A stretch of 63,936 nucleotides of DNA, filler included, from Pelomyxa schiedti (GCA_020536535.1; 10 parts of 10 records of this genome joined end to end with filler, not necessarily neighbours in it); one strand, 5' to 3'. Counted from the whole stretch's first letter, positions 37,201 through 49,296 are shown. Notes: generated from the sequence alone by a model not told the origin. Program-made: numbers and translations.

Positions 37201-38850
37201 TAATATGGGTTGCATGAGAAATCTGGCGGTAATGCTGTTCTGCTCATTTGCGTCAGTGGCTCTGTAAAATCCGTGAGACCAAAATGCATTTATGATAACA
37301 GCAACACATAATTAAGGCTGTGTGGACAGTATCCATGTGGTAATACGAGAAAGCTTGAATATTTGGCATTGTGCCACAAAGGATGTACAGCCAAGACCGT
37401 GAGAAAGATAGTTGCCTCTTTGACAGATCAGTGGCTCTAACAGAACCTTTGTCGATGTTAGGAAGAAAGTCAAAAACACTTCATACCCAAATCTGCAATC
37501 ACAATCCCCTCACATCCAAACTCTTTGGTAGCTTCATACGCGAACAGTACTTGAGCTTGAGGCTCGGGAATGGAAATTGCTCCACTTGCCTGCATGTAAT
37601 TAGAGTTTAATTACAGAATTTGCTAAGTGAACTATAGTGACTGGGAGTTGTTCAATTTGTCCTGCGGCATCTTGTACCTGTCAGATGAGTTAAGCAAGAG
37701 TCAAAATATGGGTTGGCAACTTTGGGCTTCTTTCCTCGCACATAATTATCTATCCATTTCATTATAATATCCTCTACTTCCTGTGTCGCTGGTCAGAGAA
37801 GTTAGAAGTCTTGCAACCTTTGGTGGGCCCCTTTTCCGCGATTCTGACTTATTTGGGTCGGTCTCTGCTTGACTGTGGACCTGTGGGTGGTTTACAGTAC
37901 TTGGCTTGGAAGAGGTTGCTGTTGTTCTTTGCGGGCTTCTCGTTTCGTGTATTGTCATTATCCCTCTGAATTTGGCTAGGAAGGCTTGGAGTGGATTTGT
38001 AGTTGTTGTGGAATTTGAGGGTGGGGTTATTGCAGTGTTGCGATCCCATGCAGGCACCATGGGCAGGGAGGCAAGGGGCACAGTCTGTTGTGCAGTTTTT
38101 ATGTGCCGGGACAGAATTGAGTGAATTTTCAGTGTATTTAGAGCTGGCAACATAAGACAGGACTGTAGCTCTGGTTTGGTCTATCCACTTGTATAATTAC
38201 TTGGTTGCCTCAGCAGCAGCACCTAGAGGAGTTAGTACTGCATTAACGACATGGGATATTGTACATATTACAGATTCAACAAGGAATACTGTTTCACACA
38301 GAGTACTCCCATTCTTCCCCACCCTTGACAAATCCGAAGTACTGAAAGAGCACAACTCAAGTGTGGCCCCAACCTACAATCATTATTAATAGACATCTAT
38401 CTGAGAGACTGAAAGAATTCTTTCGAACAGTATACATACACATTGAGATGGCAATAGAGACACCCACCGCGCACCAGGCAGAACTTGTCTGTGACAGAAT
38501 TATCTCCCCCGCCACTTCGGCCACAGAACCCACGCCCTCGGAAGTGCGGGCGGAACTGCCCCACCCACCCAGGGGGAACCTGGCCTCCGCCGCCGCGGCC
38601 AGCCACCACCACCAACGACGCCACTTTCGCCGCGCGGCACGGGAGGCGGTCGCGGCCGCGTTTGCCGCCGCGCTCCTTGCTAGGAGCGGGCCGCAGCACC
38701 CCACGGCACCACCACTTGCTCCCACACAATGCGGGACAGAACCAAGATCCGTTGTTTCTCTGTTTCCATATTGTGGGCGGGTACGGCGCCAGGGTGGCTC
38801 GATGACGTAAGACGGAAAAAAATAAATTTCTTCCGGGAAGTCGATCGCGC

Positions 38851-39432
38851 TTGATTGGCCGTACGATGCTGCGCAGCGGACGACAACAACGTGGAATTGC
38901 CACAAACCCACGAGTGGGAAAAATGGTCACGTTTGGGTCCAACGAAACGACAACAACCACAACGTCGTTGAAAAATACCAGGTCTGCGACGATGCCGGAC
39001 CAGATTATGGGATTGCTGATGGGCATGCATCCTCGATGCGGTGGTTCCGGTTGTGTATTGTCATCACTCAATCGTGGTGGCGGTGATTATGGGACGCTGG
39101 CGGTGAGGCTGGTGTGGTGGTGGCTCACGTCACACTCCAGGTTCTACTGTGTGCTGCTGGGCCTTGCTGTGCCCAAACACCTGGATTACGAGTATGACGA
39201 GATTGTGGTGGCAATCACGTTTGGGGTGTGCTCTTTCAGTACTTCGGATTTGTCAAGGGTGGGGAAGAATGGGAGTACTCTGTGTGAAACAGTATTCCTT
39301 GTTGAATCTGTAATATGTACAATATCCCATGTCGTGAATGCAGTGTTGCGATCCCATGCAGGCACCATGGGCAGGGAGGCAAGGGGCACAGTCTGTTGTG
39401 CAGTTTTTATGTGCCGGGACAGAATTGAGTGA
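38851..39432 (+). CDS. Expanded family member N-terminus (truncated or rearranged)
   Basis: MPDQIMGLLMGMHPRCGGSGCVLSSL...AVRLVWWWL; the 3' part is duplicated and inverted upstream. Confidence 0.5.
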   Translation: MIGRTMLRSGRQQRGIATNPRVGKMVTFGSNETTTTTTSLKNTRSATMPDQIMGLLMGMHPRCGGSGCVLSSLNRGGGDYGTLAVRLVWWWLTSHSRFYCVLLGLAVPKHLDYEYDEIVVAITFGVCSFSTSDLSRVGKNGSTLCETVFLVESVICTISHVVNAVLRSHAGTMGREARGTVCCAVFMCRDRIE

Positions 39433-41784
39433 ATTTTCAGTGTATTTAGAGCTGGCAACNNNNNNNNNNNNNNNNNNNNNNNNNNNNNNNNNNNNNNNNN
39501 NNNTTAATTAATTAANNNNNNNNNNNNNNNNNNNNNNNNNNNNNNNNNNNNNNNNNNNNCGAGCAGGGAGCGGTTGGGGCGCACAACCGCCACCACGGTG
39601 ACCAGCATCCCGCCGGCCCCCGTGGGGCCACCGCCGTCCCTGGCGTCTTCGTCGTCCTTGGAGGGCGCCGACAGCGTGGTCGGAGTGGAGGCACCAAACA
39701 CGAGGTGCGGGGGTGGCTGCGTCGGCCGAAAAAGACCCCGCCTCCATGTGACCTTACTTTGAGGACTCTCCACAGACATTGCGCGGCGAGGTGACTTCGC
39801 TGTAGTTCTAAGTACGGTTCTAATAAAGTGTTATCAGAACCATCACCTTTTCCAAGCCATTCAGTGTTTTCCCTCCACAACCAAACTTTGCCACTCACAA
39901 CAGTAGGGCCAACTTAGAGTCCCTACTGTTGTTCCAACACTGTCAACTTCAGTTTGGTCTTCTGTCAACTTCTGCATTCAAGGTTGTAAACTTGTTACAT
40001 TGGAAAACTGAGCTCAAAAACTGGTATACAAGGCAAAGCATCACTGAAGGAGGCTCATAATTAGTACAGAATAGTTTGTGGATCAAGTCCTTTTCGAGTC
40101 CTTATAAGCCCGACACACTCCAACCTTAGAATCACTACCCAAACCTCATAAATCAAAACAAACAACAAAACAGAACAAATAATAGAATCCTTTCTTGATC
40201 TCATTCTTGTTCTATGCTTTGCCATCACACAACAAACTACATCCCACAGAAGCACACAGATTGCAGCTGATTTTGATGACAGAGCCACATTTAAGCTTAT
40301 TCTCAATGGTTTTGTGCTTCTTCTAGAATGATAATCATATCTGTTGAATATACCTCAACAATTTGTGGTGTGAGGCTGACACCAGCAGAAATAACAACAA
40401 AATTTATCAAGGAAACCTCCTTGATAGTGATGCCTTGTATACCAGTTTTTGAGTGGGTCAAGCTGATTGATCAGATCACGTGGCAGGCACTCAGTCAGAG
40501 TGGCTTGCTTCATCCCACATTGCCTGTTTTCCTTCCCCATGAAGAATCCCTTCTGGAAGTACCTGGACAAAAGTACTTCCTCCACCAAAGGCAAAACAAA
40601 CACATTTTGTTTTGGCTCACTTGGTTTGGCTCCATTTCTGTTGGTCACAAATTTCTTAAAAAGGGGTATGTTTCATGTTGTTGCAACCAAGAGGGCTTGG
40701 TTTTGGATGGAGGGGTGTTGTGGTTCCTTACTAAGTTTTGCCAGTTGGTTGCCGATGGTGTTGTGGTAATGGTGGTGAGATGAGTTAAGTGGAAAATTTT
40801 GGTAAACTGCCACATGATCTGATCAATCAGCTTGACCCATTGGCCAAATGCAGAAGAAACACAGAGACAGCCAGAAGAGCCACAACAACCCCCAGACATC
40901 CATCCATACTGCTGTGTGTGTGCTGTGAGACCGTTGTTGAGTGACACAGGGCTTGGTTTGGTGGTTGGTTGGGGCCATGAGGTTTTCCACCACACTTGTT
41001 TCTTGCTGTTTGAGCCTGAGTGTTTGTTTGTGGAGGGGGGCATGGATCCCAGGGAAAAAAGGCTGCTGCCATGTGGTCCAGGCTGAGGCACAAGGGCATC
41101 ATCCTGGGGGCAAATGGCACCCTCCCCCCCACCCACCCACCAACACCAACACCAACGCAACAACAAGGCAACCCAAAGCAAGAAGAAGATAGGGCAGGGC
41201 AGTCCACCCCACAGCTGGCAGCCAGCCAGATAAACTGCAGAGTGTAATAGGTACGTTGATGACTCGTATGGTGATGGTTGTGCTATGGCACGAGAAAAAA
41301 TGAAGTTGATGAGGCAGGGAAATCGACGACGTGCAGATGACATGACAAGTTGTAAAAGGCAAATACTGGAGACTAGCGAAGTGCCGTGTGCCACCGGAAC
41401 TACGTAGTAGCTTGCCACACCACCGTTGCATCTTGCTTGTACTTTTTTTTTTTTTTTTGTGGTTTTCTTGTTGTTTTTTAGTAATGGGTTCCCAGATGAT
41501 GGATCTGTAATCCTTCATACAGGAGAAGAAGTACGTCGCTGTATGTGCTCTTACGGGATGTTTGCGCAGAAGAGTTCAGAGTCCAACACTCTCTGCTCGG
41601 GAGTCTGACAAAACAAAGACGATCATTTCTCATTCATCATTCCATTTTTTTTCGCAATGTTTAAGGGTGGCAGTGAGGCATAGGNNNNNNNNNNNNNNNN
41701 NNNNNNNNNNNNNNNNNNNNNNNNNNNNTTAATTAATTAANNNNNNNNNNNNNNNNNNNNNNNNNNNNNNNNNNNNNNNNNNNN

Positions 41785-43200
41785 AAAAAAAATACAGCCT
41801 TTAAAAACTGAGAAATTCTAAACTCAAGGCGGGGAAGAGTACGACAGACTGAGACCTCTGAGCTATTCCCAAGCAAATCTTTTCTTGGTATGATTCACGT
41901 GGTTGTGTTTTAATTTTTATCTGATGAACCCAAAAGGTCTGCTTTTCGGTTGTCTCTCCTTGCTCTTTTCATAATGTTCGGACAAAGGTACAATCATAGA
42001 TCCTTTTCTTTATATGATTCCTCATTCACTGAATTCTCTGATCAAACAGTGGCACCCTGAGGTGAGCCAAATTGCCTCTTCAAAACAGGGTTTACCCAAA
42101 GTGTTTGCTTGTTGTTGTTCTTGTTAGATTTCACGGTATTGTGCTGGAATCCCATTCATCCTTGTGGGGACAAAGCGGGATCTGAGGAGTGACCCCGATC
42201 TCCTCGGAAATCTTGCTGAACACGGTGCGGCACCCGTTTCTTTTGAAATGGCCTCTGAGGTAACTCCGCTCCATTATCGCCTCTACACATTTGACTTGTT
42301 CATCTTCAGATGGCACAGGAACTTCATGCGTCAGCGTACATTGAGATCAGTTCCTTTACTGGAGATCACGTTCAAGATCTTTTCAAGTGTGCAATCAAAA
42401 TCGCCGCAACAGGGACAACAGGAATTCCACAGTCGAAAAGAAAGAAATCCGTTTCATGGTTTTCTTGGGTATTTGAGTTCTACTTTCCTCGCCCTGAGAT
42501 AAACTCACTCTCAGAAACACAGGGAACTCTGTGGAACGCCGTTGTCCCTCACATTGTAACATCAAGGCCCCCACTTTTAAGCAACCACGTTTTCGGGNNN
42601 NNNNNNNNNNNNNNNNNNNNNNNNNNNNNNNNNNNNNNNNNNNNNNNNNNNNNNNNNNNNNNNNNNNNNNNNNNNNNNNNNNNNNNNNNNNNNNNNNGTT
42701 CTACTTTCCTCGCCCTGAGATAAACTCACTCTCAGAAACACAGGGAACTCTGTGGAACGCCGTTGTCCCTCACATTGTAACATCAAGGCCCCCACTTTTA
42801 AGCAACCACGTTTTCGGGATGCTTCCACACGAACTGTGGATGAACATTTTCTCGTTCTGTGATCCAAAGGACCTCTTCAGGATTTCCGCCGTATGTGTAT
42901 CAAACCACCCTCCCATCCATCCGCCACCACTCCGACACTTCGCACACAATGACTATTCACTTGACACACTGACACACACAGGTTTGCCGAGATTTCCGGG
43001 CACTTGCATCAACGGACGGACTGTGGACGCGGTTCATTCCGACGAGCATCATCAGTTCATCATCGAGCAAGGGTGCTCCCCTCAAGTCCCTGTTCATATC
43101 TTCTGGTGCGTTTTACCTTTACAGAAGAGGAGCTGATTGGTGTGTTTGCCTTCACAATCCTTCTACACTGACTTTGGCAAAAAGGATTTTTATTCCCTGA
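41785..43200 (+). CDS. Rho/Rac-family GTPase fused to a C-terminal F-box (5'-partial, multi-exon)
   Basis: GEEYDRLRPLSY, VCFSVVSP.SF.NV..KWHPE, ILVGTKRDLR + Rho insert, YIEISS; then FGMLPHELWMNIFSFCDPKDLFRISA|VCRDFRALASTDGLW (canonical F-box). No CAAX. Confidence 0.85.
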
Positions 43201-43221
43201 GTAACCTTCTTTTTGATTGAA

Positions 43222-44187
43222 CTAGAGTAGGTCTTGCTTATCATCATCCGGAATTGGTTGTTGGTTTGCTACTGCCAATTGGTGCTTATACTGGGTGATG
43301 GCCTCTTTGTCCATTTGGCTGTCACATAGAAGAAGTGCCGTTTCGTAAGTGAAATTCAGGTCTTGGTGCCTACATCAAAATTTGATTTAAAAAATAAAAA
43401 AGGAAAATAGCGAAGAGATTTACCCAGTGAGTGTGCGGGCCAACGACAGAAATGGCTTCTCCCAGTGATAGTTTGTGATGGAACTTACATCGTAATACGG
43501 CCCCAAGTTCTTCCGGCGGTGGAATGTGATTTGATGAGGTAGTACTTGCCGGTTTTTGGTAAGATCGGCTTTATTTCCACACAGAACCATGGGGATACTG
43601 CCGCCTGGGGTATGTGTATCACATATCATTTAATTGATTTAATATCAGAGAACGTGGAATTAACACACAAACTCGTAGCACCGATTCATGCCAGGAGTTC
43701 ACGTTTCTATAGGAATCAGGATTTGTAAGGTCAAACATTAGAATGGCACAGCCGGAGTTAATATAGTGTCCATCTCTCAGGGTTCCAATCTAAAAGCGAA
43801 AACAAAAGTACACATAAAAGGTGATAGAGAGATACCCTTTCACTGCCTACAGTGTCCCAGACATCAAAACGAATTCGCCCATAATTTGTTCCAAATACAA
43901 TAGGGTGAACCTCAACCCCCATCGTGGCTGCTCTTTTTTTTTAAAGTGAGATTGAAGAAATACAGTCTTTGCAAAGACTGTATTTCCTCTCGAAGTGGAA
44001 ATATATTTTACCAATATATTTCCTCTCGAAGTAGCCAGTCAGGTGCCTGTTCACAAAGCCTTGTTTATAAGTCAGACAAACCCACAATGGCAATGGGCCC
44101 ACTTGTTTTGCCAGTGTTAATGTCACCCAGAAGTACGCATTTGTATATCGTGGTCTCTCCAAGCGGCGTTTGTACCGTCGATACCAT
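43222..44187 (-). CDS. Divergent Ran-like GTPase domain (multi-exon)
   Basis: [14 protein letters not shown]|[15 protein letters not shown]|[30 protein letters not shown]|...LRDGHYI...[11 protein letters not shown]...[33 protein letters not shown]...[11 protein letters not shown]; these are Ran signatures including the acidic tail. Confidence 0.9.
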
Positions 44188-44278
44188 GGGCAGTTGATGA
44201 TTCTCAGAAGGAACTCAGTTTTTTTTTTTTTTTGTATTTCGGCAAATAACAAGTGATTGTGTTTCTGTTAGAGGGAAC

Positions 44279-45724
44279 CAAGAATGACAGGTTGCTCAGT
44301 TTGTTGGGGTATGGTGGTGTCCACTAGGAGAATGTCGGTCGATTGAGGTTGTGATGGGTTTGTTGTTGGTGTAGTTGTTGGCCCAATGGTTGTGATAGCC
44401 GGCTCCACTTTGGAGAAGTCAAAGCGATCAAAGTCAGCAAAGGCAGTGAATGGCATTGGTGATGTGGGCAGGGGCTGTTGTGTAGTGGTGATGGCCTGCT
44501 GGTGGTGGTGCTGCAGCTTTTGTTGCTGTTGTTGGAGCTGCTGCTGTTGCTGCTGGATTAGTATTTGCTGCTGTTCTATTTGTTGTTGCATCTGTTTCTG
44601 TTGTGTTTGAAGCTGTTGCTGCTGTTGCTGAAGTTGTTGCTGAATGTTCTGTTGGATTTGTTGTTGTTGAACAGTCTGTTGAAGTTGCTGCCCTTGGAGT
44701 TGCAGTTGGACCTGGAATTTGTAAAGATCGTAAAATATAATTAAAAGGAACAAACTGTGGGAGGCCTGGCAGCATCAGGTGGAGGCATTACAGTTACGTT
44801 TGGTAATGTTTGCTGGGGTCCTGACACTGCAACAGAGGTGGATGGAACAACATATTGAAGGACCTGCCCTGGACTCCCTCGGATAAGTGCAGCTGTGTAA
44901 TATTGGATAAATAGTTGGTTTCTTATTGGGAGTTATAAAGCTACCAAATGTTGGAGCCTGACTGCAGGGCTTAATATTAAAATTAATTTTTGCCGAAGGA
45001 GAATAAGGAGACATACAACGAGAAAGGCAGTGTATCCTGGAGGAATTGTGATGGTTTGAGGAAGTGCGGGTGGATAATACACATTAGGAGTGTGAACGGC
45101 GGCCGTAGCTGTGGTGGTTGTTGAATGCTTTTGCGGTTTGGCTGGCGCTGATACGGAGCTTGGATCGGTGCTAGGGAGTTGAGGAAGAGATGGTGGGCCG
45201 GAACTTGTACGAGCAGTACTTGAAGAAGTTGGGGAGCTCTCTACGGTCTTACGGGAAAGCGGTGGAGAGGAAACACTCCGGCCACTTAGACGCCCTTGAT
45301 GATCCAGTATTGCTTTCATCCACTGTTCCCTTTGAGATACAGTTCCACACTTGAATCTATCCCAATAAAGTTAAAAATATACCGCATGCAGAATTCCGCA
45401 CTTATACTCCTTCTGTTCACAGCTGATAATGAACGAGAGTGTGCTCCTTGAGGCATGAGAAAGCCTCACCTGAATATACGAGAGTGGAACCGCGACAGAC
45501 GGAGTCCTATCCTGTTACTTCAAGGTAAAAAGGTCGGCGTGTACAAGCAACATTCATAATATATACACGAAATTGGATACCAAGGAGTCTTTGAACCAAG
45601 CGATATGCTCTTCGTAAATAGCCAAATATCGAGAAGAATAAGAGCCGAGGGATTTCTTATATACCCACCCAGCAACAAGTGGCCCCTTTCTATTCCGCTC
45701 CACTTCTATCACAAACGCCACCAT
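44279..45724 (-). CDS. PH domain + S/P/T-rich + polyQ coiled-coil region, probably spliced to the downstream Ran-like domain
   Basis: AGWVYKKSLGSYSSRYLAIYEEHIAWFKD|...SFIISCEQKEY|RFKCGTVSQREQWMKAIL (PH). A predicted 65-bp intron 44278-44214 keeps frame into the Ran exon. Start codon uncertain. Confidence 0.7.
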
Positions 45725-46086
45725 TTTGGTACAGTTACACACAATAACATAATATGCATCACCGAATAATAAATACTAGTATTACACATTCATTTTCACT
45801 GGTTATCGTAGTCATTGACACAAACAAACGGGTACGTGCCTCGTATCGTAGACGTTGATGACATCAGTTTTGGAATGAAAAAAACCAGTGTGATCACAAC
45901 TCAGAGGGACGTTCTCTTGAATTCCGTTGATGTCCTCTAAGTTGGACCAAGACTCTCAGTCTGTTGTTACCATGTGGGAGAAATGGAGCATTGGAAGACA
46001 GACCACGTGGAGATAGTTAGCAGATAAGAAAGACTTGACATGTAAAAAACATTTTGAAATCAAACAAAGTTCAGCGATCAGGGGCA

Positions 46087-48010
46087 ATGACGGAGCAGCT
46101 GATGGTGTCGATCTCAGGTGTGCGGGGCGTGTGGGGATCTTGCCTTACTGATGCCCTGGTGAGGAAGTACGTTTCCGCGTTTGCGGCGATGGCCCGTGGT
46201 GGAAGATCTGAGGGAAAAATCACCGTCGTTGTCGGTCNNNNNNNNNNNNNNNNNNNNNNNNNNNNNNNNNNNNNNNNNNNNNNNNNNNNNNNNNNNNNNN
46301 NNNNNNNNNNNNNNNNNNNNNNNNNNNNNNNNNNNNNGGTGTGCGGGGCGTGTGGGGATCTTGCCTTACTGATGCCCTGGTGAGGAAGTACGTTTCCGCG
46401 TTTGCGGCGATGGCCCGTGGTGGAAGATCTGAGGGAAAAATCACCGTCGTTGTCGGTCGCGACTCTAGAGTGAGCGGCCCTGAAGTGATCGCTATCGCCT
46501 GCGATGTTCTCCTTAAGAGCGGGTAAGAGTCGTTCTGATCGCATGCATTATTATATATATTATATTAATTCTGGGGAACCAAACCAACGGGATTGGGGAT
46601 AACTCCTTGACACGAAGTTTTTTTTTTCTTTGTGGCACACAAATCTCACAGTGGATAAAACAGTCTGGATGTTGTAGAGTGCGGAATAGTTCCTACACCA
46701 ACAGTTCAAGTTATGGTTCAACAAACCCATGCGGCGGCAGGACTTGTGATCACCAGTAGTCATAACCCTCAACCTTGGAACGGACTCAAGTTCGTGGGAC
46801 CCGATGGCCTTTTCTTCCCCCCTGATAAATGTGGAGAATTATTCCGGCTCGCTGATACAGGGGGCTTCTGTGCTGCCATTACTCACGGGACCCTCAAGCA
46901 TATTACGACAGCACTTCAGACCCACATTTCTCTCATTCTGGCACTTCCTTACATTGACAGAGCTGCCATAGCTCGCAGAGGATTCAAAGTTTGCGTGGAT
47001 GCAGTATGTGGAGCCGGAGGACCGATTGTATCTCAGCTCCTGCATGACCTTGGTTGTGCGCAGGTCACAGTAATCAATGCCGAACCAACTGGTGTATTTC
47101 CGCATGCACCTGAGCCCATTCCATGCAACCTTGAGCAATTATGCGAAGCAGTGGTTAAAACTGGTGCTGACTTGGGAATAGCTGTTGACCCCGACGTAGA
47201 CAGATGTGTTTTGATCGACGAGACTGGGAAGCCTTTAGTTGAGGAATATACTCTAGCTCTTGCTGTTCAAGTATAGAGTTTCCTTCTTTAAATCTTCCAC
47301 TAAAAAAAAATCAAACTAGTTTCTACTGGGAGTTGTTGGAAGACGTGGTCCTGTATGCAAGAATCTCAGTACCACTCGGGCTGTGGATGATGTAGCTAAA
47401 GCACATGGCTGTCCCATCTATGCAACACCGGTTGGGGAAATACAAGTGGCTAAGAAAATGGTTGAAGTGGGTGCGGCAATTGGGGGTGAGGGAAATGGCG
47501 GAGTCATGCTCCCGGATATTCGTATGCTACATACCACACTCTTCAATCTAACACACTTCAAAGATATTGGACGTGACGCGCCGGTTGCAGTGGCTCTCAC
47601 TATGCAACACTTGGCACATTTTGGTGGCACCATTAGTCAACTTAAGGCTACTCTTTCCCAATACAACATTGTGAAGCTGTCAACATCAGTTCAGGGGGTC
47701 GACACTGTTGCGGCACTGGAAACCATCAAAAACTCGTGGTCTTCGAAAGTAAGAGATCACTATTTCTATCTCAATAAACTCCCATGCAGTCTACTATCAA
47801 TGAAAGCGACGGGCTTCACATTTCAACTGAGAATTGGTGGGTTCACCTCCGTAAATCAAATACCGAGCCAATCATTAGGTACCGCCGCACCGTTCCTTTC
47901 TTCCTATGCATAACCACATTGCCAGAATTATTGCTGAATCCACCACAGTCGCTGAGGCAACTCGTATATGTGAAGAGTTCAAGGCTAAAATAGAGGAGTT
48001 CCGCCATTAG
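46087..48010 (+). CDS. Alpha-D-phosphohexomutase (PGM/PMM/GlmM family, bacterial-type), multi-exon
   Basis: MVSISGVRG, VVVGRDSR, PTPTV, ITSSHNPQPWNGLKF (phospho-Ser loop), DPDVDR (metal loop), GGEGNGG, HLRKSNTEPIIR. Confidence 0.92.
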
Positions 48011-48199
48011 CACCCTGCCCCACAAAACAATTTTTGGAGTTCACACATGAAAACATCAGTAGCCACAGTGATAATTCCCTGTGTGTGTAACGAAAATGAA
48101 AAGTCAACCTTGTAACAATCACTTTATTTCTTTGCTTTATTTTCCAACATTGGGCAAGTGTGTTATGCCTTGTTGTTTAAGGTGCTATGATTCAATCAC

Positions 48200-49296
48200 T
48201 TAATCGCGGCCTATGCAGAACACCAGGACGAGTCCAACAACCATTGAAATGAATGTGATTCCGGCAAAGACAAGGCACAATACTCCCACAGTAAGGTCGT
48301 TGGTGTCCATGTCATCAGGATCATACTTGAAGAATGCGTACTCCTCGTAGTCAGAAGATGTTGAACCGGGGTAGGTATCAACTGTTTATCGGGTTAGTTA
48401 TCTCTCATGGTTTTCATATACAACAATAGATGCATGTTTTATCAAAGTAATTGCGGTCGGTTGCTTGACCGCTGGAATATATATTTAGTAAGTGTGCTGC
48501 TTACTTTTATCAGGGTTGAACCAGCAGGTATAGTTCTGGCCAATAAGCCAGTCCATAATCACGTCATCTGCCTTGCCGTAAGAGGTCCACACACCATCGT
48601 CGGTATCGGCTAAGCAGATTTTGTCATAGTACCTGGGAGATAATGGTTAGTTGTTTTTTTTTTGTAATTAGTGCTGGGCATACACTGTTGGTGATGTGGC
48701 ATTTGTGCCGGTGATGTTTGTTGTTATATCCACGCGCCACTGTGCCCTGTAGTAGTACATTTCCATGGACCAGTCATAGTAACTATCCANNNNNNNNNNN
48801 NNNNNNNNNNNNNNNNNNNNNNNNNNNNNNNNNNNNNNNNNNNNNNNNNNNNNNNNNNNNNNNNNNNNNNNNNNNNNNNNNNNNNNNNNTAGTGCTGGGC
48901 ATACACTGTTGGTGATGTGGCATTTGTGCCGGTGATGTTTGTTGTTATATCCACGCGCCACTGTGCCCTGTAGTAGTACATTTCCATGGACCAGTCATAG
49001 TAACTATCCAACTCTGGGAAAGTTATGTTTTAGCTATAAACAGCCAATCATGGAGAGCTTTTTTCAAAACGAAAATAAAAACAAAAATAAAACCAAAAAA
49101 ACAAAAACGAAAAAAAACGATACAACAGGACAAACACCAAACCTTTTTCCCAAGTGTAACAAGTAGCTCTTTCCATGTAGTATCCCTCGTCGCGCTCCAT
49201 GAGGGACCATATTCCCAATCCCAAAAACAGAGCGAGGAGCGACAGCCCAATGCCCAAAACGGACAGGGTGCTCACCAACAGGCACCGCGCACTCAT
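48200..49296 (-). CDS. Two-TM membrane protein with Cys-containing extracellular loop (multi-exon)
   Basis: N-terminal TM (VLGIGLSLLALFLGLGIW), loop with ATCY and YTCWFNPD, C-terminal TM (VGVLCLVFAGITFISMVVGLVLVFCI). Paralogous end at 52632-52763. Confidence 0.65.
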
